NCBI GenBank assembly: GCA_947488275.1
Contig: CANKZX010000003.1
Location: forward strand, 1-62,052
From: Alphaproteobacteria bacterium
GTDB taxonomy: Bacteria > Pseudomonadota > Alphaproteobacteria > Paracaedibacterales > CAIOTO01
Direction of reading: 5' to 3'
DNA length: 62,052 nucleotides
The notes under the pieces were generated by a model, which searched no databases, had not been told where the DNA came from, and saw only the letters and a program-made list of their open reading frames with translations. The position numbers and the translations under genes were made by a program. Below are positions 28,869-38,971 of the stretch, piece after piece. Each line of letters opens with the position of its first letter. The stretch's first letter is position 1.

Positions 28869-30797
28869 ATGTGTGGATTTACAGGGCTGTTTTTACGTAG
28901 CCCTTTTTCAATTAGTCAGAATGTATTCCAAGAAATGGTTGATTCCATTACGCATCGTGGTCCTGATGATGTTGGATTTTACCAAACGCCATCAGGTGTT
29001 ACGCCGTCGGTATTTTTTGGGTTTCGAAGGCTTGCATTGGTTGATTTGACACACACAGGTGCACAGCCCATGACATCATTCTGTGGTCGTTATGTGATGG
29101 TTTATAATGGTGAAACCTATAGTAATGATGAATTGCGCCCTTTATTAAAGGCGAAAGGTATTGTATTTCGTGGACATTCAGATACCGAAGTCATTTTAGA
29201 AGCCATCGCTGTTCTTGGGCTTGAATCTGCCTTGCAGCATTTAAATGGTATGTTTGCCATTGCCCTTTATGACAAACGTGAGCAATCGATAACGTTGATA
29301 CGTGATCGTGTTGGAATTAAACCGTTGTATTGGATGAATTATCAATCGGGTATTGCTTTTGCGTCTGAATTAAAGGCACTTATGCCACTTTTTGATGGAC
29401 GTCCTGCAATGGATCAAAAAGCCACAACGGCATTCCTTCGTTATGGATACGTGCCCGCGCCACTCACCATTTATGATGGGATTTTTAAATTAACACCAGG
29501 AACTTTTTTAACGCTTAAAAATGACACCATCACGCACCATACATATTGGTCGATGGATGATGTATCACAGCAACCAAAATTAACAGGATCATTGGATGAC
29601 CATTTAGATGAATTCCATGCATTATTGCGTGATTCCGTTTATCGATGTATGCATGCGGACGTACCTATTGGGTCGCTCCTCTCTGGGGGGATTGATTCAT
29701 CATTGGTTACGGCATTGATGCAAAGCCAAGCAGCGCAACCGATTGCAACATTTACCATTGGTTTTCATGAAAAGCATTTTAATGAAGCTGAAGAGGCAAA
29801 AAAAATAGCCGCCCATCTAGGGACAGATCATCATGAATTGTATGTGACGACAAAGGAAACGCAAGATGTTATCCCTTTGCTTAGTGCTATGTATGATGAA
29901 CCATTTGCTGATCCATCGGCTATACCAACCTTTTTGGTCTCTCAATTAGCAGGCAGCAAACGAAAGGCCGTTTTATCAGGCGATGGTGGGGATGAACTTT
30001 TCGCAGGTTATAAACGTTATTTTATTTTACATCAATTATGGAACGCTAAAAAACGTCTGCCTTTATCGGGATGCTTTGGTCGTTTAATTGCCAATCTTCC
30101 CTCGCAATGGATGGATCGTTTGGTGAAAATCATGCCACCATCGTTTCGTGTGCAGAATTTTGGTCAACGCGTTAATACACTCGGTCGATTGTTGAGTAGC
30201 AATTCGATGCAAGAATGTTATCAATCCTTTGTTGGTTTATGGAATGATCAATCGCGCCTGCGTCCAACGTATGAGGATAAGCGCTTAGAAACATACTTTG
30301 CATCAAATCCAAATCTTGATGTGATGGAGCAAATGCAATTCATCGATACAAACACATACTTACCCGATGATATTTTAACAAAAGTTGATCGCGCGTCTAT
30401 GCGTGTCAGTCTTGAAGGGCGTGTTCCTTTACTCGATCATCGTCTTATTGAAATGGCATGGCGTATGCCAACGCATTGGAAGGTCGCACAAAGTGGTGGT
30501 TTTTGTGGTCTTGGCGGACAGATACAAGGTAAATTACCCCTGCGTGCTGTTTTGGAAAAATACATACCAAAAGAAATGTTCGACCGCCCCAAAATGGGAT
30601 TTGGCGTCCCCTTACACGATTGGTTGCGTGGTGATTTGGTTGAATGGGCAGAAGATCTGTTGTTTGACCCCAGCTTAGCCGATGTCTGCGATGTTGATGT
30701 GGTGCGGCGTCTGTGGCATCTACACAAATCAGGCGCTATTAATGAGCAAGCGCGTCTTTGGGCTGTATTAATGTTGCAAAGCTGGCGACGTTTGTAG
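28869..30797 (+). CDS. asnB: Asparagine synthase (glutamine-hydrolysing) family amidotransferase
   Basis: MCG N-terminus, HRGPD, LSGGIDSS, SGDGGDELFAGY, KVDRASM..SLE.R.P. Confidence 0.9.
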   Translation: MCGFTGLFLRSPFSISQNVFQEMVDSITHRGPDDVGFYQTPSGVTPSVFFGFRRLALVDLTHTGAQPMTSFCGRYVMVYNGETYSNDELRPLLKAKGIVFRGHSDTEVILEAIAVLGLESALQHLNGMFAIALYDKREQSITLIRDRVGIKPLYWMNYQSGIAFASELKALMPLFDGRPAMDQKATTAFLRYGYVPAPLTIYDGIFKLTPGTFLTLKNDTITHHTYWSMDDVSQQPKLTGSLDDHLDEFHALLRDSVYRCMHADVPIGSLLSGGIDSSLVTALMQSQAAQPIATFTIGFHEKHFNEAEEAKKIAAHLGTDHHELYVTTKETQDVIPLLSAMYDEPFADPSAIPTFLVSQLAGSKRKAVLSGDGGDELFAGYKRYFILHQLWNAKKRLPLSGCFGRLIANLPSQWMDRLVKIMPPSFRVQNFGQRVNTLGRLLSSNSMQECYQSFVGLWNDQSRLRPTYEDKRLETYFASNPNLDVMEQMQFIDTNTYLPDDILTKVDRASMRVSLEGRVPLLDHRLIEMAWRMPTHWKVAQSGGFCGLGGQIQGKLPLRAVLEKYIPKEMFDRPKMGFGVPLHDWLRGDLVEWAEDLLFDPSLADVCDVDVVRRLWHLHKSGAINEQARLWAVLMLQSWRRL

Positions 30798-31054
30798 AAA
30801 ATCGATTGTGTTTTTTTAATTTAAATTCATCATTAAATGTGTCAATTTATGTTGGTTCATTTGTTTTAATAGAGATGTGCAAAATTATAGTTGGCATTAA
30901 GTATTTTTTAATGTTTTTCTGACATGATCAATCATGTTGCTGTTATACCCACCACATCGCACGGCGTTGATTTTGAAATCCGATGGGTATGGAGCCCTTA
31001 TGTGAGGCAACAAGGTGCTTAAAATGATATGATAGCAACTGTGAGGTAGAGAAG

Positions 31055-31663
31055 ATGAATAAAGACGTACTGCTCATACGATCTGGACAATTTCATCTGG
31101 CAGTTCCAACGGAACGTATTCTCGAAATTGTTGATCTTGATGATTATCATGCGCAGCAAAAAAAAGATCTTGATGTCGGTCAGCGGTTAATTTCATTCTC
31201 TCCAAAAGTGGGGAAAGAGAAAACATCCCAAGATGAATGGATTCGTCAAATGCTGCAACAGACAGGGATTATATTAAATGTACCTGAAGAACGTATTTCT
31301 GAGAATGCACCTAAAACTAAATTAAAGAAGACGCGGCGTTTAGTTGAATTTGAGAAATTAAAGGATGAATTTCGTTTGTGGCGTAATCATATTTTGCCTG
31401 TTGTTCATTTAAATCATGTTTTAGATTCGAAAGAAGAACGTTATATATGCCCTTTTTCTCTGGTGCATCAGGCTTCTGATCATGAAATGGTTTATCTTGA
31501 TGTTGATCATATTTTTAATATTGTACATATTGACACCAGTACATTAAAGCCTGTTTATCATTTAACCTGCGATCAAATGCACAGCGATAAGTCCCAAAGT
31601 CCTTCGACGGATGTATTAGCGTTTGTGTTGGAAGATGTTTTGTCTGAGCCTTTGCCGAATTAA
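31055..31663 (+). CDS. Divergent CheW-like protein with internal insertion
   Basis: 'F.LAVP...ILEIV' and 'WRNHILPVVHL..VL' and 'LDVD.I..IV.I' CheW-like segments. Confidence 0.55.
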   Translation: MNKDVLLIRSGQFHLAVPTERILEIVDLDDYHAQQKKDLDVGQRLISFSPKVGKEKTSQDEWIRQMLQQTGIILNVPEERISENAPKTKLKKTRRLVEFEKLKDEFRLWRNHILPVVHLNHVLDSKEERYICPFSLVHQASDHEMVYLDVDHIFNIVHIDTSTLKPVYHLTCDQMHSDKSQSPSTDVLAFVLEDVLSEPLPN

Positions 31664-31712
31664 GATGATTTTTAGATAAGACTTTGTTGAGATGAACCAT
31701 GGGATCTGATAT

Positions 31713-31755
31713 ATTTTGTACAGTTACCGAATTCAAATCGGGAATTGTACAAAAT
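31713..31755. promoter_or_regulatory. 43-bp palindrome upstream of AAA ATPase 3 (operator-like)
   Basis: ATTTTGTACAGTTACCGA-N7-TCGGGAATTGTACAAAAT, 16/18 paired, ending 13 bp before the ATG. Confidence 0.75.
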
Positions 31756-31768
31756 GAGGCGGTGGTGA

Positions 31769-32914
31769 ATGTACCTACGTAATTTAGCAGATATTCTTCT
31801 CTATTCTGCAACAAAATACCCTGTTGTTACGTTAACAGGTCCCAGGCAATCGGGGAAGACAACGCTTGTTCGTGCTCTTTTTTCTGATAAAAAATATGTT
31901 ACACTCGAAGACCTTGATAATCGTTCTTTTGCTGAGCAAGATCCGCGCGGTTTTCTGAATATATATAAAAATGGTCTGATTATAGACGAGGCGCAGCATG
32001 TGCCAAGTTTATTTTCATATATTCAAAGTCATGTGGATCGTTCGCATATTATGGGTGAATTTATTTTAACTGGTTCACAGCATTTTTTACTGACGGAACG
32101 TATTTCTCAGTCGCTTGCAGGACGTGCGGCAATTTTGCAATTACTTCCTTGTACAGCGAGAGAGCTAGGTATAGCCAGTGAAACAGAGTTATACAACACG
32201 CTGTGGAAAGGGTTTTATCCAGCTGTTTATGATCGTGACATAAATCCAACGTTTTTTTATAAATCATACTTAAATACATATGTTGAACGTGATGTTAGAA
32301 CATTAAGTGCGATTAAAGATCTTTCTAAATTTAGGACATTTTTGCAGATGTGTGCTGGTCGTATTGGGCAGTTGGTTAATATGACATCACTTGGAAATGA
32401 TTGTGGCATTGATCAAGAAACGGTGAAAGCATGGCTCTCTATTCTTGAATCAAGTTATATTCTTTTTCTTCTTAAACCTCATCACCAAAATTTTAATAAA
32501 CGTCTTACAAAACAACCAAAATTATATTTTTATGATACGGGGCTTGCGGCTTATTTGTTAAACATCGAAGATCCAAATGTCCTTAAATTCCATTTTTCCC
32601 GTGGGGCATTGTTTGAAAATTATGTAGCTATTGAGCTTATTAAAAAAAGATTTAATCAAGGGATGGATCATAGTCTGTATTTTTGGCGCGATCATCATGG
32701 ACATGAAGTCGATTTTATAAAAGATAATGGGGCAATCCTTGTCCCAATTGAGGTGAAATCATCTGAGACACTTTCGTCAACATTGTTTGATGGTTTAAAT
32801 TATTGGCAAAAATTGTCAGGTGTTGAACATGGTTATCTTGTGTACGGCGGAATAGAGGATCAAATGAGATCACATCAAACGGTGGTGCCATGGTTTAATG
32901 TAGGGATGCTTTGA
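31769..32914 (+). CDS. AAA_14 ATPase with DUF4143, paralogue 3
   Basis: GPRQSGKTT, IIDEAQ, LTGSQ, SQSLAGR, KQPKLYFYDTGL, FWRD..GHEVDF...IEVK. Confidence 0.9.
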   Translation: MYLRNLADILLYSATKYPVVTLTGPRQSGKTTLVRALFSDKKYVTLEDLDNRSFAEQDPRGFLNIYKNGLIIDEAQHVPSLFSYIQSHVDRSHIMGEFILTGSQHFLLTERISQSLAGRAAILQLLPCTARELGIASETELYNTLWKGFYPAVYDRDINPTFFYKSYLNTYVERDVRTLSAIKDLSKFRTFLQMCAGRIGQLVNMTSLGNDCGIDQETVKAWLSILESSYILFLLKPHHQNFNKRLTKQPKLYFYDTGLAAYLLNIEDPNVLKFHFSRGALFENYVAIELIKKRFNQGMDHSLYFWRDHHGHEVDFIKDNGAILVPIEVKSSETLSSTLFDGLNYWQKLSGVEHGYLVYGGIEDQMRSHQTVVPWFNVGML

Positions 32915-33009
32915 GATGGTTTAAAAAAGAAGTATTAATTTTTTTATCCCCCTTTTCATTCCTGATCTATTGCTTCATAATTAAATAAAATTTAATTAAA
33001 ATAGGCATC

Positions 33010-34845
33010 ATGTCCACGAACGCGAACGATCGATTTTTAAATTATTATACGAATGAATTGACGTATTTGCGTCAGGCAGGCAGTGCTTTTGCCCAGAATT
33101 ATCCGAAAATTGCAAGGCGTCTTGAATTATCTGATAAAGAATCTTCTGATCCTCATACGGAACGTTTGCTTGAATCCTTTGCTTTTTTAACGGCTCGTTT
33201 AAGTCAAGAAATTGATAATCGTTTCCCCGAATCAGCGTCAGCACTTTTACAAGTACTTTATCCTCATTTGGTAAATCCCATACCGTCAATGGCAATTGCG
33301 CATTTTCAAATTGATCCATCAAAAGGAAAAACAACAAAACCTTATACAATTGATAAGCACACATCTTTGTATTCGTATGCGGCAGAGGATGTTGCGTGTC
33401 GGTTTAGCACCGTTTATCCTGTTACTTTATGGCCATTAGAGCTTTCTCATGTTGATTTTGTTCACAATAACCATGTGCGTAAAGGGGATTATCATGGGGC
33501 AGGTCAAACGTGGTATTTAAAATTAAGCCTTAAGACCTTTGGTGATGCAACGATTGCCAGTCTTAATATGGACGAACTTATCTTTCATATTAAGGGTGAA
33601 CGTCAGTTAACGTATATGATTTATGAAAGTTTGTTCGCTCAAGGGGCGGCAGATCTTTATGCGCATGTGCCAGGGGACGATCATTTTGCCAGAATGCCAA
33701 AAGGCTCTGTCACACAAATGGGTTTTTTGCCACATGAGATGACATTACCTATACCACCTCATGGGACGCATGCGTTTTTATTGATGCAGGAATTCTTTCA
33801 TTTTCCTGAAAAGTTTATGTTTTTTAAGCTTTCAAATTTAGGGGATATGAAAAAACACCTTAATCTTGCGACGAATACACTTGAACTTTATGTATCGCTT
33901 AGTGATATTGGAACACTTCTTGATAAGAATGTAACAAAAAAGAATTTTTTATTGGGTTGCACCCCCATTGTTAATTTATTTCAAAAAACAACAGATCCCC
34001 TTCGTCTTGATCGACGTAAGAATCAATATCGTCTGATTCCTGATCAACGTCGTGATAAAACATTTGAAATTCATACCATTCAATCCGTTATGTCTGCTGT
34101 TGAATCCAGTGATCAGGTTAAAACGTTTGCCCCATATTTTTCGTTGCAGCATCATCATGATGACAATCAGATTTTTTGGTATGCGAAACGTGTGTCGGCT
34201 GAACTCCGCGGGGTTCCTGGCGCTGATATGATGATTTCCTTTGTTGATTTGAAATTTGATCCATCATTACCGCCAACAAATATTGTATATGCGCATACAT
34301 TGTGCACGAATCGTTATTTGGCTGAACAAATACCAGGTCAGGCTGAATTCCAACTGGATGATGCTGCACCTGTTTCACGTATTGTGTGTTTGGATAAGCC
34401 AACAAAACAAAGCTACTCACCGATGGATGGTGATTCATTGTGGCGAATGGTTTCGATTTTATCGACAAATCATTTGACGCTTATGGGAACAGAATCGGCG
34501 TTAGAAACATTAAAAGAGCGTTTGGTATTACACGCAGGCACATCGCATCATAAAGAGAGGTTGATGGATATTGAGGCGATTCAGAGTGTGACACATAAAT
34601 CAATAGTGCGTCGCATCGGAAATGAATCATGGCGTGGTTTTGTGCGTGGTGTTGAAATTCATATTAAAACGAATCGTCCTGCATTTAAGGGGAGTAGTAG
34701 CTTTCTGCTTTCAGCTATATTACAGCATTATTTTGCGATTACCGTATCGATGAATTCATTTGTTGAGGTGGTGTTAACAGGGAACGATCATGAAGGGGAA
34801 TGGATGCGATGGCCAGCACAACGTGGCATAAAAACCCTTCTGTAG
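33010..34845 (+). CDS. tssF: Type VI secretion baseplate subunit TssF
   Basis: YY..EL.YLR..G..FA..YPKIA.RL, DPH.ERLLESFAFL.AR, LGCTPIVNLF, CTNR, W..VS.LS.NHL, SMNSF. Confidence 0.95.
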   Translation: MSTNANDRFLNYYTNELTYLRQAGSAFAQNYPKIARRLELSDKESSDPHTERLLESFAFLTARLSQEIDNRFPESASALLQVLYPHLVNPIPSMAIAHFQIDPSKGKTTKPYTIDKHTSLYSYAAEDVACRFSTVYPVTLWPLELSHVDFVHNNHVRKGDYHGAGQTWYLKLSLKTFGDATIASLNMDELIFHIKGERQLTYMIYESLFAQGAADLYAHVPGDDHFARMPKGSVTQMGFLPHEMTLPIPPHGTHAFLLMQEFFHFPEKFMFFKLSNLGDMKKHLNLATNTLELYVSLSDIGTLLDKNVTKKNFLLGCTPIVNLFQKTTDPLRLDRRKNQYRLIPDQRRDKTFEIHTIQSVMSAVESSDQVKTFAPYFSLQHHHDDNQIFWYAKRVSAELRGVPGADMMISFVDLKFDPSLPPTNIVYAHTLCTNRYLAEQIPGQAEFQLDDAAPVSRIVCLDKPTKQSYSPMDGDSLWRMVSILSTNHLTLMGTESALETLKERLVLHAGTSHHKERLMDIEAIQSVTHKSIVRRIGNESWRGFVRGVEIHIKTNRPAFKGSSSFLLSAILQHYFAITVSMNSFVEVVLTGNDHEGEWMRWPAQRGIKTLL

Positions 34846-35903
34846 AAGAGGCGCTTCAAGCTGAACCTTATTCGTTTGATTTTGATCAAGCAATTTTGAT
34901 ATTAGAGCGCATGCATGCAGCAAAAGCATCATTGGGGGAGGGGTGTGACCCCTCTTTTGAAGCTGTTACATTAAAATCGCATGTGAGTTTAGCGCCGCCT
35001 GCCTCTGAATTACAGCAACTTGATCAGACAGCGGATAAACCAACCCTTTGGATTAATTTCTTGAGCCTTGCGGGGGCACTTGGACCACTTCCAACACCGT
35101 ATACAGAAACGGTTATTCAGCGCACGCGTGAAAAAGATACAGGTTTTAGAGATTTTCTTGATATATTTAATCACCGTCTGGCAAGTCTGTGGCATCGTTT
35201 TCATAAAAAAATTTACACAGGTGTAGCGCAGATCTTGCCACACGAATCAAATATTGGAAAATGTTTGTTGCAGTTGGCTGGTATTAGTCATAGCCGTATG
35301 ATTGAGGGAACTGATCTTAATGAGATGACTTTGCTCACCTATCAGAATTTAATGTGGAAACAACCGCATGGAACGATTGGTCTTGGGCGCCTTTTGCATC
35401 ATCATTTTGATATTACGGTACATATTCATGATTTTCAAGGAGCGTGGCGTTATGCTGCGCCATCGGATGTGAGCCGTATTGGTGTGCATCAAGGGCAATG
35501 GAATGCCTTGGGTCAAACCACGTTGCTTGGTTCAAAAACGTGGGATCAAATGGCGGGGATTCAAATTGATATTGTTGATTTAAGTTGGGAACGTTTTTGT
35601 CAGTTTTTACCGCCAGCAGATGATATGCTCGTAAATGATAATCGGGTGTCAGTAAATTATTTTCAGCAATTAAAAGAATTATGTCAATTATATGTTGGTT
35701 TGGATTTTTCGATTTCGGTTAAACTAAGTTTGCATCCAGATCAGATTAAGCCAATAATTTTATGTTGTAGATCGCCTGCTGAATCTGCTGAAGGGACGGG
35801 GGCGGATTACTATCCATCTTATGGGAATCGTTTGGGGCTCAACACGTGGCTTAATCAGCCAGGTGCTATAAAAGGTGATGTGTCGGCATTTATACGATTG
35901 TAA
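34809..35903 (+). CDS. tssG: Type VI secretion baseplate subunit TssG
   Basis: P..FDF.QA..ILE, L.G..GPLP..YTE, DFLDIFNHRL, LG...WD, LG.NTWL. Confidence 0.93.
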   Translation: MASTTWHKNPSVEEALQAEPYSFDFDQAILILERMHAAKASLGEGCDPSFEAVTLKSHVSLAPPASELQQLDQTADKPTLWINFLSLAGALGPLPTPYTETVIQRTREKDTGFRDFLDIFNHRLASLWHRFHKKIYTGVAQILPHESNIGKCLLQLAGISHSRMIEGTDLNEMTLLTYQNLMWKQPHGTIGLGRLLHHHFDITVHIHDFQGAWRYAAPSDVSRIGVHQGQWNALGQTTLLGSKTWDQMAGIQIDIVDLSWERFCQFLPPADDMLVNDNRVSVNYFQQLKELCQLYVGLDFSISVKLSLHPDQIKPIILCCRSPAESAEGTGADYYPSYGNRLGLNTWLNQPGAIKGDVSAFIRL

Positions 35904-35958
35904 GTGTTAAAAACTATGTTTAATATATAATTATAATATGAAATTAAAATGATGATTT

Positions 35959-36960
35959 ATGATCCAAAAAACTCATTTAATAGCATTTATTATTTTGATA
36001 TGTGTTGGTTCCTCCATTCTTTATGCTTCAGAACATGGTTTAATTGATGGGGAACATAAATTGAGCCATTATGTTGAAATGATGCCTCAACATTTATTAC
36101 AATTAAATACATTGCATAAAAATAGAACGTTTTTAAATCAGCAAGAGCGGTTGAAAGAGGCTATTGTCAAAATACCTCAAGATAGAGCCGAAGCAATTTT
36201 TAATTATTTTAAATCATTAGAGTTAAAAAAATGTCCTGTTAATAGTTTTGAATATGGTGTTTCATATCAATTTATGATAAATGCTATTACTAAATTAGCT
36301 GTATTATCGGATCATGATTTTCAGGTTCTTATTCAATTCCCTCATAGGCAAGGCGAATATAACGACCATCCGTCTATTGCTATGCTTGAGGTACTAGAAG
36401 ATGACCGAAAGGATGTTTGGGAGCATTCAAAACGTGTTTATGCGGATCATTCAGATATAGCTAGTTTATACAATTTTGATGAGATTGTACGTGGGGTTTC
36501 TGTGATACCAAAAAACGCACGTTCGTTTATTCTTGATTCGAACTATAAAGATACAAAATTATCATGGCTTCGCGTTACCTATAATATACGATGCATTGGT
36601 GATAAGGTGCAAAATCTCGATTATTACATAACTCATATGTATCAATTTATTCCTTTTTTAGATGAAATGTCTTTTAGACAATTTTTTTATCGTTATCAAT
36701 TGATATGGGGTACGTCTCATTTAATGTATAGTGATTCCGATTGGGGTATTGTTCAATCTAGAATTGAGCATAATTGTTGGGAGTGTCGGTTAATGCCAAC
36801 GAAGATGTATTTTAATCATGCATTAACTGGAATGGAAAAGGGTCTTCAGTTGAGGTTGTTTTCATCAAAAACATCAGAAGCCTATGATTATCTGTGTGGT
36901 CTTCTGGATACCTATATTTGTTTTCAAAGATACTGTTGTTTTATAGCATGTGCCCGTTAA
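35959..36960 (+). CDS. Hypothetical exported protein
   Basis: 333-aa ORF with signal-peptide-like N-terminus (..ILYA/SE); AT-rich; no recognisable domain. Confidence 0.6.
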   Translation: MIQKTHLIAFIILICVGSSILYASEHGLIDGEHKLSHYVEMMPQHLLQLNTLHKNRTFLNQQERLKEAIVKIPQDRAEAIFNYFKSLELKKCPVNSFEYGVSYQFMINAITKLAVLSDHDFQVLIQFPHRQGEYNDHPSIAMLEVLEDDRKDVWEHSKRVYADHSDIASLYNFDEIVRGVSVIPKNARSFILDSNYKDTKLSWLRVTYNIRCIGDKVQNLDYYITHMYQFIPFLDEMSFRQFFYRYQLIWGTSHLMYSDSDWGIVQSRIEHNCWECRLMPTKMYFNHALTGMEKGLQLRLFSSKTSEAYDYLCGLLDTYICFQRYCCFIACAR

Positions 36961-37075
36961 AAGACGGCTCTTCAAACATATGTTTGAAGAATAGCCTTTA
37001 AAACCTCCTGGATATTGCTGGTGCAAACTGATACGATGTTGATAGATATATAGTTGATTTTTATTAAGGACGTGC

Positions 37076-38962
37076 GTGGTGCGGTCACATTGGCAAAAAT
37101 GGTTCATAAGCGTGAGTGCGCTTGGTCTTCTTGCCAGTTGTGAATGGTTTAGAACGCCATTGGAAGATCCAACAAAAGATTTCTTTCAATCAGAGGGATT
37201 GCCCTATCGTGTGACATTTACACCCGATTTGCCAGCGGTACTTGAAGAATCGTTTAAGCGTGAATCAAAGTTATTCCATCAGGGAATTAACCATGCTTCA
37301 ACGCAAGGGGCACTTTTAAAACGCGCGCAAAAAGATCAAGAGGTTTTTGAATACATTCTTGAATCAGAGGGGTATTTTGAAGGTCATGTAAACGTTTCAA
37401 TGGATACGGAGGGTAAAGAATCCCATATCATATTCACAATTCATACGGGACCTCGTTACACAATTGGTGGGCTTACAATTGAAACAGATGTAATAACAAA
37501 TTTTACGCATAAACAAAGTATCAAATTAAATGAAGATATTGTTGATATTGAAATTGGCAAGCCCGTTGATATTGATAAAATCCATGATGCTAAACAGAAG
37601 ATTGAAAAATATTTTCTTGAAAATGGTTATCCGTTTGTTGAGTCTAAGTCGCCTCGTGGTATGTTAGACAAAGATAAGAAAGTTATTTACCTTACATTTC
37701 CTGTTATTGCAAAGGAAGAGGCAACAATTATTGGGACAAACATTACAGGGCTTTCTGCATTGAATCCAGATTTTATTAAAAATAGAATTACATGGAAAAA
37801 TGGTGATCTTTATAACGATAAGGTTATTCGCAAGGTACGCAAAAAGCTTCTCCAGACAAATCTTATTTCAAATTTTAATGTAACGGCGTTGTCCCAAGAA
37901 CAAACAAGTGATCATCTTGAAAAGAACAAGCAAAATGTTGTGATGCACGTAAAGGTTGCTGAGGCGCCGCCGCGTATTTTTGGGGTAGGTGTGCGTTATA
38001 ATACGTCAGAACGTTTGGGTGGAAAGGTTTTTTGGCATCATAATAATGTGCTGGGGAATGGTGAACATGCGGGTGTTTCTTATCAATCTTCAACACGTGA
38101 GCAACGGGCGAAGGCCTCTTTTGATATTCCTGATGTAGGCGGTGCTGAGCATATGTTGTCATTTCAAAATGTATGGCTGCGTGAGAAAACACGTGCCTAT
38201 AGTGGGCGTACAATTATTGTAGGCAGTTCGTACGAAGTTCCTTTTCATGAATATATTAAAGGGTCGGCTGGTTTATTGCACGAATCGAGTCGTATTTACG
38301 CACAAAATATGGTTTTTAATAATCATTTTATTGGGATGCCTTTTGTATTAAAGGTGGATAATACGGATGATTTTCTTGACCCTTCTGAAGGGTTGCGTTT
38401 GTTAGGTGAAGTGACGCCTTATTGGCGAAAAAACAGTGCGTCTAAACGAAATCTAACGCGCACGCAAGGAAATATGCAAACGTATCTTCCTTTTAAACAA
38501 AATACGTTGGGAGAAGGGAAAGTTGTCCTTGCGACGTATGTTAAGGCAGCAACTCTTTTCGTTAATAATTTTGCCGATGTGCCGCCAACAAAACGTTTTT
38601 ATGGAGGGGGATCAGGTTCAATTCGTGGTTATGGTTACCAAAAAGTGGGACCTTATGATGCGGATGGTATTCCACTTGGTGGTCGATCAATGACGGAATG
38701 GGGTGGAGAGCTTCGTTTGCGCGCAACGGAAACAATTGGTATTGCTGGGTTTTTTGAAGCGGCATCGGTAACGACGAAACGATCACCTGAGTTTGCAACT
38801 GAGAACACCCTTTATGGTGCAGGCGCAGGTATTCGTTATTATAGTGGTTTTGGTCCTATTCGTTTGGATGTTGCTGTTCCATTTAAACGCCGAAAGAATG
38901 TAAATGGAAAACGAATCGATGCCGATTATCAGTTCTATATTGCCATTGGGCAGGCGTTTTAA
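37076..38962 (+). CDS. tamA: TamA/Omp85 family outer-membrane protein with predicted lipobox
   Basis: LLASC lipobox, POTRA repeats, RFYGGGSGSIRGY, GPIRLDVA, YIAIGQAF C-terminus. Confidence 0.85.
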   Translation: MVRSHWQKWFISVSALGLLASCEWFRTPLEDPTKDFFQSEGLPYRVTFTPDLPAVLEESFKRESKLFHQGINHASTQGALLKRAQKDQEVFEYILESEGYFEGHVNVSMDTEGKESHIIFTIHTGPRYTIGGLTIETDVITNFTHKQSIKLNEDIVDIEIGKPVDIDKIHDAKQKIEKYFLENGYPFVESKSPRGMLDKDKKVIYLTFPVIAKEEATIIGTNITGLSALNPDFIKNRITWKNGDLYNDKVIRKVRKKLLQTNLISNFNVTALSQEQTSDHLEKNKQNVVMHVKVAEAPPRIFGVGVRYNTSERLGGKVFWHHNNVLGNGEHAGVSYQSSTREQRAKASFDIPDVGGAEHMLSFQNVWLREKTRAYSGRTIIVGSSYEVPFHEYIKGSAGLLHESSRIYAQNMVFNNHFIGMPFVLKVDNTDDFLDPSEGLRLLGEVTPYWRKNSASKRNLTRTQGNMQTYLPFKQNTLGEGKVVLATYVKAATLFVNNFADVPPTKRFYGGGSGSIRGYGYQKVGPYDADGIPLGGRSMTEWGGELRLRATETIGIAGFFEAASVTTKRSPEFATENTLYGAGAGIRYYSGFGPIRLDVAVPFKRRKNVNGKRIDADYQFYIAIGQAF

Positions 38963-38971
38963 TGTGATTTT

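Noticed and set aside
30930-31054. c-di-GMP riboswitch upstream of the cheW-like gene
   Set aside because: Lacks the GEMM consensus elements.
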